23,276 nucleotides of DNA from Pseudomonadota bacterium. GTDB taxonomy: Bacteria; Bdellovibrionota; FAC87; UBA2466. Below are positions 16,141 through 23,276 of the stretch, piece after piece. Each line of letters opens with the position of its first letter. The stretch's first letter is position 1. The DNA lies in the NCBI GenBank assembly GCA_043767805.1, contig JAYUGC010000163.1, forward strand, positions 1 to 23,276. Direction: 5' to 3'. The translations under genes and the position numbers were made by a program. The notes under the pieces were generated by a model. It was given only the letters and a program-made list of their open reading frames with translations, was not told the origin of the DNA and did not search any database.

Positions 16141-18165
16141 CTAAGGATCGTGGCCAAGCACATTGATGGACCAGTTCACGAGTGAGCCATTCCCGTCCTC
16201 TCCGCCGTAAATCGTAAAGCCTTGAGAATCGAATACCTTCAGCTGCCACAGGCCATTGGAATTCTCTCCGTAATAAACGTTGGAGAGCAGCACGTGATTG
16301 TCAAAGCCGGAGTCGAACATCGCCGTCCCCGGATTTAGGATATTGGCGACGGTTCCCATCGGAGAAGTCAGCCGGATGCCGATGTCGCCGGTGGCGGCCG
16401 TCGTGATCTTGACTCGCACCTGGACCGCTTCGACTTTCAAGTTCGTCGTGACCGTAATGTTCGAGGTCACGCCCGTGGCGTTGTTGTTGGGAATCGCCTG
16501 GGTGACCCCATTCGTGAAAAGCCACGTGTCATCGGCGCAAAACAAAGTTTCAGGACAATGCCCGCTCGACGTCACCGTCTGTTTTAACGTCGGGAGATGA
16601 CTCGTATAGGCCGCGGCCGCGCGCACGGCCGCATTGGCATCGACTCGTCCAAATCCGTAGAGGGGATTGAACTTGAACCCTGCCCCGTTGGTTACCCAGG
16701 CGTCCTCGATGACGTAGCCCGTGGCGCCGATGACTCCCTGACGAGGCACTTGCAGAGGATCCGTCTGCACCGCCGTTGCAATGAGCAGGTGACGCACGTC
16801 TCTCCAGGTCAGATTCGGTTGCACGGAGAGCATGAGAGCGACCGTGCCCGAGACATGCGGCGCCGCCGACGAAGTCCCGTTAAAAATGGAGGTGTAGTTG
16901 CAATCTTTATTGGTCGAGCCGCCCGCCTCAAACGAGTTCGAGCTACCGTAAAAGGGCGAGTAGCCTCTGCTACAAGTCATCTCATCGGTGGTGACGATGG
17001 CCGGGTTGGTGGACCCGTCCTCGCCGCCCGGCGCGGAGACGAGTAAGTTGGCTCCCGACGACGAATAGTAAGCGTGCGTTCCCTTCGCGTTCAGCGCGCC
17101 GATGACGAATTGTTGGGGATAGTTATTGTCTTCCTCGTGCTCGGCGGAGAGAGAACGTATGGCGAAAATCTGTCCGCCTTTGCCGTCGGAGACTGGATTT
17201 CCCTTGGCGTCGATCCCGTTAACGGCGACTTGGTAAGAATTTCCAGCCGACTTCACGTAAACCGAGCCCTTGCCGCCGCGCTGGTTGGTCACGCCGTAAA
17301 TGAGTTGATTGAGGAGTGTCTCGGAGATTTCAGTAAGTCCCCCGTTCCCATACCCATAGCTATAATTAAACACGTCGTATTGAGCCGCGGGAGAGTCCGA
17401 GTCCGCCGCCTGATCCACCTCGATAGCGACCTGATCGACGGAAACGCTGGAGGACGCCGTCAGATAATTGGCTCCCGCGATTTTCGCTTCCGGAGCCACG
17501 CCTCGCGTTCCTTTGCCGTTCCAGCCACGAGCCGCGATGATGCCGGATACGCTCGTGCCGTGGTTTCCCTTGGTGGTATTGGACTTCAATGGCTCGCCAA
17601 AATAGGGATCGGCCAGCAGATAGTTCTTCGATTTCCCGGTCGCCACGTTCTCGATGAGATCTTCGTGGGAGAGTTGCACGCCCTCGTCGCTCACCATCAC
17701 TGTCACGCCCGCCCCAAGCACGCCGAAGCGATGCGCCTCTTTGGCTTTTAAATCCATTCCGGCCGTGGCCGCGTTCTTGGCAAACGCCGTTTGTCCCGTG
17801 TTCTCCAAGGCCCACTGATGTTTGGCGAGCGTATCGCCGGCAATGCTCAGGTCGAACTGCCCGGTCTTCGTCCCCGAGGCACTCGTCGCGGTCACTAAAA
17901 TAGCGTTGAGAGTTCCCAGATCATCCGGAGTGCCGGAGATGACACCCGTCGTTTCGTTGATTCGCATCCAGCTCGGTTGATTCGAAAGGGACAACTTGCT
18001 GCCCTCGGGAATCTCGAAGGTGGGGACGTACTGGAACGGAAAATCCTGTTTGGCGCTCGCCGCGCCCATAGCGGTGGGAACCGAGGTATCGGAGGCCTCC
18101 GTTTCCTTCTTGCAGGCCGCGAGTCCCATCAGAACGGCGAGTGAAATTAATAAAGAAAACTTCAT
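16141..18165 (-). CDS. Kexin/furin-like S8 serine protease lipoprotein with Ig-like (He_PIG) and P-domains
   Basis: Lipobox LAAC; PSWMRINETTGVISGTP Ig-like repeat; catalytic D (VSDEG), H (NHGTSVSG), oxyanion N (KSAGN), S (FNGTSSAAP); YGFGRVDA; P-domain (IRLTSPMGT, GENSNGLWQL). Confidence 0.93.
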   Translation of the reverse strand: MKFSLLISLAVLMGLAACKKETEASDTSVPTAMGAASAKQDFPFQYVPTFEIPEGSKLSLSNQPSWMRINETTGVISGTPDDLGTLNAILVTATSASGTKTGQFDLSIAGDTLAKHQWALENTGQTAFAKNAATAGMDLKAKEAHRFGVLGAGVTVMVSDEGVQLSHEDLIENVATGKSKNYLLADPYFGEPLKSNTTKGNHGTSVSGIIAARGWNGKGTRGVAPEAKIAGANYLTASSSVSVDQVAIEVDQAADSDSPAAQYDVFNYSYGYGNGGLTEISETLLNQLIYGVTNQRGGKGSVYVKSAGNSYQVAVNGIDAKGNPVSDGKGGQIFAIRSLSAEHEEDNNYPQQFVIGALNAKGTHAYYSSSGANLLVSAPGGEDGSTNPAIVTTDEMTCSRGYSPFYGSSNSFEAGGSTNKDCNYTSIFNGTSSAAPHVSGTVALMLSVQPNLTWRDVRHLLIATAVQTDPLQVPRQGVIGATGYVIEDAWVTNGAGFKFNPLYGFGRVDANAAVRAAAAYTSHLPTLKQTVTSSGHCPETLFCADDTWLFTNGVTQAIPNNNATGVTSNITVTTNLKVEAVQVRVKITTAATGDIGIRLTSPMGTVANILNPGTAMFDSGFDNHVLLSNVYYGENSNGLWQLKVFDSQGFTIYGGEDGNGSLVNWSINVLGHDP

Positions 18166-18171
18166 AGGTAA

Positions 18172-18876
18172 CTACTGAGCGGTACGGCCTTCGCCGATCA
18201 TCTCGAGACTGGCTTTCACGACTCTCGCGTCTTTTCTCAAAGCTTCCAAAAGCTCGGTCAGTTTTTGCACCGTCGGGCGAGAGCTTTGGTAGGTCGCCGT
18301 ATTGAGACGGGTCATGAGCCGAAGGAGCTCCATGGAATAATCCTGGGACATCGCCGCCGCGTCCGCGACCGACGTGAAGTGAACGGTCAGTCTTCCCGTC
18401 ACCACATAAAGCGTTCCGTTCTTCGGTTGATAGGCGACGGGATAAGCGCCAGGGGGGGCTTCCCCGTTCGGCACTTTTACAAAAACGTAGCCCGATCGTG
18501 CTTCGACCACGTCCAAGGAACCGGCTTGATCGTCCGGAAGCGCAAAGATAGTGGCGAGCCATCGGTAGCTGCCTCGTCCCGAAACAAAGACTTCTTCCTC
18601 GCGCGCCGGTCGATCGAGGCCAAGCCGAACCGATCGTTCGGGGCGAGCCTTCGAGCGGCGCACGGCGGACACTAGGGTCGGTATTCCCGCCTGAGACTGC
18701 GGGCTTCGAGGACGCTCGGCGGGCAGTGCCGAGGGAACCGCTTGAGTATCGAAAAGCGTTGAGACCGGGTCGCGAGACGCCACGACCGTGGCTCGGTCTC
18801 GCGGGTAGTACTGCCACGCCAAAAAGACGATCGACATACCCAATGTGACTAACCAAATTTGTTGTCTGGGGTTCAT
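18172..18876 (-). CDS. Membrane-anchored protein with a C-terminal ASP external chaperone / propeptide-like domain
   Basis: N-terminal TM, Pro/Ser/Arg linker, then YVVTGRLTVHF...LEALRKDARVVKASLEMI, a pattern resembling subtilase pro-domains and Aeromonas ORF2; lies 6 nt upstream of the S8 gene. Confidence 0.65.
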   Translation of the reverse strand: MNPRQQIWLVTLGMSIVFLAWQYYPRDRATVVASRDPVSTLFDTQAVPSALPAERPRSPQSQAGIPTLVSAVRRSKARPERSVRLGLDRPAREEEVFVSGRGSYRWLATIFALPDDQAGSLDVVEARSGYVFVKVPNGEAPPGAYPVAYQPKNGTLYVVTGRLTVHFTSVADAAAMSQDYSMELLRLMTRLNTATYQSSRPTVQKLTELLEALRKDARVVKASLEMIGEGRTAQ

Positions 18877-18911
18877 TTAGGCTGGAATCTCTGGAAGGGG
18901 AATGTCTCTCA

Positions 18912-18940
18912 ATTATAGGAGAAATGACTCGTAAGGTCAA
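18912..18940 (-). promoter_or_regulatory. Sigma70 promoter for the chaperone-protease operon
   Basis: Minus strand TTGACC-N17-TATAAT. Confidence 0.75.
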
Positions 18941-18981
18941 AAACTACCGCCAGTAAGATGCCAATATTGCTAATGAATACC

Positions 18982-18998
18982 TGCTCAAAGATTGAGCA
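18982..18998. promoter_or_regulatory. Palindromic candidate transcription-factor site
   Basis: TGCTCAA-AGA-TTGAGCA, upstream of the sigma70 promoter. Confidence 0.45.
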
Positions 18999-19059
18999 AA
19001 ACGCGCCCTTCCCCCTTACCTACGTTTCGGCATTTTGAGAGCATTCGGAGAGGGCGGCG

Positions 19060-20370
19060 CTAGGGGATGGATTCCCAGCAGCTGTCGTTCACGAGGTAGG
19101 CTTTTAGGAGTCCCGGAGAGCCCTCCACGACGCTATAGAGCTCTTGGGTCAAGCAGACGGCGAGGACCTCTCGCTCCTCGCGAGAGAGCTTCGCGCCCGG
19201 AGGCATTTTCTCGTGATCGATGAGGTATTGCTGCACGAGCGGTTTGCCGCTTGTCGGCTGCGGCGATCGGGCGCTCGGGTAATTGAGCATTCCTCTATCG
19301 TTTCCGTTATGGCACTTCTGGCAATTCATCGCCTTTTGGATGACGGCGAGACGCGCGGGGTCGGTAATTCTCCCGGACGAACACTCGTTCATAAACGCCT
19401 CCGTGCGGGTAGGCGGATTGACCGGACCCAAGCCGGGCCCGTTGTCGGCCGGTTCGATACCAAAGAGCTTCGCGTTCGCGTGCCGCGCCATGAGCTGGTT
19501 CACGAGCTTTACGTTCGCGCCAAACCGTTTCTCGTCGAAAACGGATTTGTCCGGAGTAATCGGAAGGACCGCCGACTTGTGACAGCGGTAACAATTCTCG
19601 AGTGTCCCCGTCACTTTGAAACGAGTGCTCAGCTCGAGGCCGTTCGACGTCCGAAGGCGCCAGAAATCTTTCGCTCGCGCCAGCGCCACCGGCAGCTCTT
19701 TTCCCGTCGCGGGATCCGTTTTTTGCACGGAAACGACGGAAAACGCGTTCGGCAAACTAGCCCATGGAGTCGAGCGCAAGCCGAATTGGAAATAGCGATC
19801 AAAGTCTTTACCGGGGACGAACACGAAGAAACGCCCTAGCGCCCCGGTCCGATCGGGCGTGGGCAAATGCTGCGAACGATAAATGAAGGTAATCCACTTT
19901 TCGTCGGGATTGGTTTTCGCCGCGTTGAGCTTCTCGATGTAGGCGAGCGCTTTGTCGAGGTTGGCCGTTTCTCTTTCGTCTTCGACCCAGCTCAGAAAAT
20001 CCGGTTCCTTGAGCTCCTTCGGCAGTTCCAGAAAATCCGGAAAGGGAACCTTATCGAAATAGTCGGCGTCGGAAACCGGCACGCCCAGAGTGTGCCCTTT
20101 TTGATCCTCCCACCAGCGTGCTTTGGCAAAACGAGTGAGAGGGTTAACGCAAGCTTCGACGGCGGGAGCCGACTTCAGCTCACTCTGGCAACTCTCGGTA
20201 GAGGCCACCACGGGATTGATGACGTAAGCGCGGAAGTCGCCTTGAAACATCCGCAGGACTTGATTGCGGCTCCAGTCGCGCCATTCGATTTTCGAAGTGG
20301 GGCAGCTATCCGCCGCGAGTGCGACGGAGCCGAAGAGGAGTGCTGAAAAAAGTGAAAGAAACCCTCTCAT
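19060..20370 (-). CDS. Secreted diheme c-type cytochrome, hypothetical
   Basis: Signal peptide (MRGFLSLFSALLFGSVALA), two CxxCH motifs (CYRCH, CQKCH), KMPP candidate Met ligand. Start moved to ATG 20370. Confidence 0.78.
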   Translation of the reverse strand: MRGFLSLFSALLFGSVALAADSCPTSKIEWRDWSRNQVLRMFQGDFRAYVINPVVASTESCQSELKSAPAVEACVNPLTRFAKARWWEDQKGHTLGVPVSDADYFDKVPFPDFLELPKELKEPDFLSWVEDERETANLDKALAYIEKLNAAKTNPDEKWITFIYRSQHLPTPDRTGALGRFFVFVPGKDFDRYFQFGLRSTPWASLPNAFSVVSVQKTDPATGKELPVALARAKDFWRLRTSNGLELSTRFKVTGTLENCYRCHKSAVLPITPDKSVFDEKRFGANVKLVNQLMARHANAKLFGIEPADNGPGLGPVNPPTRTEAFMNECSSGRITDPARLAVIQKAMNCQKCHNGNDRGMLNYPSARSPQPTSGKPLVQQYLIDHEKMPPGAKLSREEREVLAVCLTQELYSVVEGSPGLLKAYLVNDSCWESIP

Positions 20371-20411
20371 TAGAGGGGTTAAATAACATTTTGTGGTATA
20401 CAGCGTCAATT

Positions 20412-21128
20412 ATGGCTCGGCTCGAAAAGGAACAGCTGGAGAGAACCGGAAAAGCATTCAACGATACCGGCATTTTAGCGGCTCGTCGTCTGGGATGGGA
20501 AGCCGTGCACCGGATCGCCTCCCAAATAAAATCCGGCATGTCCGAGGAAGAAGGCCAGGTCATCGCCCGCCATGTTTTGAAAGACCTCGGCTCGAACAAA
20601 ATTTGGCACCGGCCCCACGTCCGCTTCGGAACGAACACCCTACTCTCTTACGGCTACGCCTCGGCTCCCGACATGCGGCTCGGCGACAACGACGTTTTTT
20701 TCTTGGATATCGGACCGGTCTTTGACGGCTTCGAGGCCGATTGCGGAGCGACTTTTCAGGTGGGTGACGACCCCGAGCACGCACGCTGCATCAGGGACGC
20801 GCGCGCGATTTTCGATCGGGTCAAACGCAAGTGGCGCACGGAGCGCGTGACGGGAGAAGCGCTCTACGAGTTCGCCCGTTCGGTCACCGAGCCTTTGGGC
20901 TGGGTGCTCACGCTTGAAGAAGCGAACGGCCACCGGCTTTCTGATTTTCCCCACGCGATCTATTTCAAGGGCGGGATTTCGGAGCTCGGGTTCACGCCGA
21001 CGGCGCATCTTTGGGTGCTGGAAATTCAGATCCGCCATCCGGAAAGGCCCTTCGGATCTTTTCACGAAGATCTTTTGGTTGAGACCGAGGGGAACCCCTT
21101 TGGACCGGCTACGCCGGGTAAAGGTTAA
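20412..21128 (+). CDS. M24-family metallopeptidase (single catalytic domain)
   Basis: Metal-ligand motifs LDIGP, EADCG, GHRLSDFPH, VLEIQI, HEDLL. Start moved to ATG 20412. Confidence 0.88.
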   Translation: MARLEKEQLERTGKAFNDTGILAARRLGWEAVHRIASQIKSGMSEEEGQVIARHVLKDLGSNKIWHRPHVRFGTNTLLSYGYASAPDMRLGDNDVFFLDIGPVFDGFEADCGATFQVGDDPEHARCIRDARAIFDRVKRKWRTERVTGEALYEFARSVTEPLGWVLTLEEANGHRLSDFPHAIYFKGGISELGFTPTAHLWVLEIQIRHPERPFGSFHEDLLVETEGNPFGPATPGKG

Positions 21129-21163
21129 GGATTAATCCTTAACGTTAACCCTTAATAGTTAAT
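21124..21163. repeat. Array of six TTAA tetramers with ~7-bp period, including a perfect 20-bp palindrome
   Basis: TTAA at 21125, 21132, 21139, 21145, 21152, 21159; GTTAAGGATTAATCCTTAAC (21124-21143) is its own reverse complement. Confidence 0.75.
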
Positions 21164-21174
21164 CGCCGAGGGCC

Positions 21175-21212
21175 CCGGAGGTGCTCTCCACTAACGGAAA
21201 GACACCCCCCGG
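21175..21212 (-). other. Intergenic RNA hairpin
   Basis: Minus strand CCGGGGGGTGTCTTTCC-GTTAGT-GGAGAGCACCTCCGG: about 15 pairs, two of them G-U pairs that form only on the minus strand. Confidence 0.45.
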
Positions 21213-21316
21213 AGAAACCCCGAACGTTGGGAATCGAAAATCTGGTGTAGCCCTATCTAGGTGGGATCGGGCGCTTCCGTAAACGCGGCAACGGCCTTAG
21301 CGTTAACCGGCCGATC

Positions 21317-22696
21317 TCAGGGCGCCGGCGCCCGGCTCAGACGGTAAACGACCACGTTTTCGTCTGAGAGAGAGGCCGTGGGGAGGAAAACTTTCTCCCA
21401 ATGCCCTTTGGTCAGGGCGAAGGGCTCCGCGCGGCCGGCGTCGCCCAGGAAAAAGCAGCTGATGTTTTGCGGACAAAGCTCCGTCGTCTCGAGCCGCGAC
21501 CAGACGTCCTTCTCCCGGTGCATCAGAGTGTCGGGGCACTTGCCCGCGAAGTACGGACAGCCCATGGGGGCATCCACCGACCAGAGCGGCTGATTGAGAC
21601 GAGCCGCGGTCACGTACCCGAAATCCTCGTCGACGGCGAAAAGCCGCGGCACTTTGCCCTCGGTACGGCTGAGGGCCTCGATGGTGGTGGCCGCCGCGAG
21701 CCCTTCGCTATAAGGCCGGAAGATATCTTCAACCCGCGCCACGAGGCCCAAGGCGGCCGAAATGCCGAGTAAGCCATACACGGAGCGACGGACAAAGAGA
21801 CGTGTCCACTGCTGGGAAAGGACGGCAAGAGTCACCCAGAGCACGAAAAGCGGGCCGCCGTGGCGGCCCGACGCGACGCCGTCCACGCGCCACAAAAAGA
21901 GCAGCACGCAGGGAACCGCGGCGATGAGAAACGCTGTCCGTCCGCGGCGACTCAATACCAGCAGAGCCACACTCAGGATGGGAATCCCCAGTATTCCCAT
22001 CCGCCAATGCGAAGGCGTGAGAAAAGCGCAAATCGTACTTCCCAAACGCTCGAACCAATGGGGAGCCGTGATCCATTCCCGCGCGATTGAAACCCCGAGC
22101 GCGGGCCAGAGATAAAACGCGAGTAAAACGATGGCTCCCGCCACCCAGCCGTAGTGACGGGTGGAATGACGGTTGAGGCCCAGGTAAACGCACCAGCCGA
22201 TCACCGCGAAAACGAAGGAGACATGCACGAGACAACTTGCCGCGAGAAGCAGAGCGCCCAAATGTTTGCGGTTATTCCAATCAAAGTGAATGCCCGCGAA
22301 GAGGAAGAACACGCCCCAGCCGTAAAGCCGGGCGACGCTCGCGTACTCGTAACCGAGCAGGTAGCCGAAAACCACGAGGACCGCGACTCGGAAGGGAAAC
22401 ACGCTGGAGAAAAGCACCGAAGCGACGGCAAGAGCCGACCCCGACCAGGACAGCCAGAAAAGGGCTTCCGGAAACGCGGCGGGAAACGCTTTCGCCCAGG
22501 GCCAAATCCACAAGTAGTAGAGAGGGCCGGCGCCCTCGGTCGCCGACCGGAAGAAGAGCTCGCCTAGGGAAGTGGACGTGCGGGCGATGAGCCAAGCTTG
22601 CGCTTCCGCTCTCCAGGGCTCGTGAAAATACGCCACAAGAAGGCTCGAGAGAATCCATGCCCCCAGTGCGCGCCGCCCCTTATTTTCCCGATCCAT
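21317..22696 (-). CDS. Polytopic membrane protein, GT-C-fold glycosyltransferase-like
   Basis: FHEPWRAEAQAWLIAR, EGAGPLYY, YEYASVARLY, RHGG; about 11 TM segments and a soluble C-terminal domain; preceded by TTGAGT-N17-TAGTCT. Confidence 0.75.
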   Translation of the reverse strand: MDRENKGRRALGAWILSSLLVAYFHEPWRAEAQAWLIARTSTSLGELFFRSATEGAGPLYYLWIWPWAKAFPAAFPEALFWLSWSGSALAVASVLFSSVFPFRVAVLVVFGYLLGYEYASVARLYGWGVFFLFAGIHFDWNNRKHLGALLLAASCLVHVSFVFAVIGWCVYLGLNRHSTRHYGWVAGAIVLLAFYLWPALGVSIAREWITAPHWFERLGSTICAFLTPSHWRMGILGIPILSVALLVLSRRGRTAFLIAAVPCVLLFLWRVDGVASGRHGGPLFVLWVTLAVLSQQWTRLFVRRSVYGLLGISAALGLVARVEDIFRPYSEGLAAATTIEALSRTEGKVPRLFAVDEDFGYVTAARLNQPLWSVDAPMGCPYFAGKCPDTLMHREKDVWSRLETTELCPQNISCFFLGDAGRAEPFALTKGHWEKVFLPTASLSDENVVVYRLSRAPAP

Positions 22697-22789
22697 GTAG
22701 GCATGAGACTAACCCCGCGCCCAGGCAGACTCAATGCTCAATCCATTTACGCTAGCCGTTTGGCGCGGGGCACGGCAGAATCCCAAACC

Positions 22790-23276
22790 ATGGAATACGT
22801 CGTCGATTCTTGGAGTTTATGGGTCATCCTCCTCAGCGCCTTCATCATCGGATGGGCCGCGGAGGCCGCGCAAACCTTCATGTCGAGGGCCCTCGCCTTA
22901 ACGCTCCTGGCCTGGCTGCAAACGCTGCCTGAGTTCGCGGTGGAAGCCTCCATCGCCTGGAACCAGCAGCGGGACCTGATGATCGCAAACCTCACCGGCT
23001 CCCTCCGCCTTTTGGTGGGACTCGGCTGGCCGATGATTTACTTCGTTCATTACTTTTCGCATATGCGGAAAAACAAGCCGAGCCGTGAAATTCATCTCGA
23101 ACAGAATGACTTTCTAGGGGTCATCTTTCTGTTCATCTCGATTCTCTATTTCGTCGTGATCGTCATTAAGGGATCGCTCACCATCTGGGACTCTGTGGTG
23201 TTGACGATCATTTACGCCAATTACCTCGTCCTCGGCGCCCGCATGCCGGTCGAGGAAGAAGAAGAGCACGACGACC
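22790..23276 (+). CDS. Sodium:calcium (CaCA-family) antiporter, N-terminal part, truncated by the window edge
   Basis: Manual translation (absent from the ORF track because no stop is reached): MEYVVDSWSLWVILLSAFIIGWAAEAAQ...LAWLQTLPEFAVEA...MIANLTGSLRLLVGLGWP; alpha-1-type LPE and ANxTG motifs. Confidence 0.85.
   Translation, partial: MEYVVDSWSLWVILLSAFIIGWAAEAAQTFMSRALALTLLAWLQTLPEFAVEASIAWNQQRDLMIANLTGSLRLLVGLGWPMIYFVHYFSHMRKNKPSREIHLEQNDFLGVIFLFISILYFVVIVIKGSLTIWDSVVLTIIYANYLVLGARMPVEEEEEHDD

Noticed and set aside
20319..20411. Extended overlapping starts for the cytochrome (20409) and M24 (20319) ORFs
   Set aside because: Downstream ATGs (20370 minus, 20412 plus) restore a clean signal peptide and remove the head-to-head overlap.
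21121..21165. dif/Xer site or CRISPR repeat
   Set aside because: Does not fit the 11-6-11 dif layout with a TTATGTTAAAT-like arm; no repeat-spacer periodicity and no cas genes.
22747..23095. Minus-strand ORFs 22747..22995 and 22898..23095
   Set aside because: Antisense to the plus-strand CaCA antiporter reading frame starting at 22790.

Overview
GC-rich bacterial chromosomal segment, most likely from a Bdellovibrionota/deltaproteobacterial lineage (inferred from a YD-repeat protein resembling Bdellovibrio Bd0109 and the many secreted orphan proteins). The left edge holds the 5' end of a group IIC intron (minus strand) inserted directly behind a Rho-independent terminator. Next come a YD/RHS-repeat protein operon, a PAP2 phosphatase, a GT-C-like membrane protein and the core prs-rplY-pth-ychF operon, extended by a GT2 glycosyltransferase and a 2OG-Fe(II)-oxygenase-like gene. 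The right half carries an hldD-like epimerase plus alpha/beta hydrolase, a membrane-anchored M16 peptidase homolog lacking its zinc histidines, a DNPH1/NDT-fold N-glycosidase, a propeptide-less kexin-like S8 lipoprotein protease with an upstream chaperone-like gene, a diheme c-type cytochrome, an M24 peptidase, a second GT-C-like protein and a truncated Na+/Ca2+ antiporter. Most notable unannotated signals: a near-consensus sigma54 promoter plus terminator bracketing an ORF-less ~160-nt RNA (about 11302-11463, minus), the RxxER pseudo-M16 receptor-like fusion, a 7-bp-periodic TTAA array, and repeated leaderless-type promoters. All family assignments come from motif recognition by eye; no database search was run.
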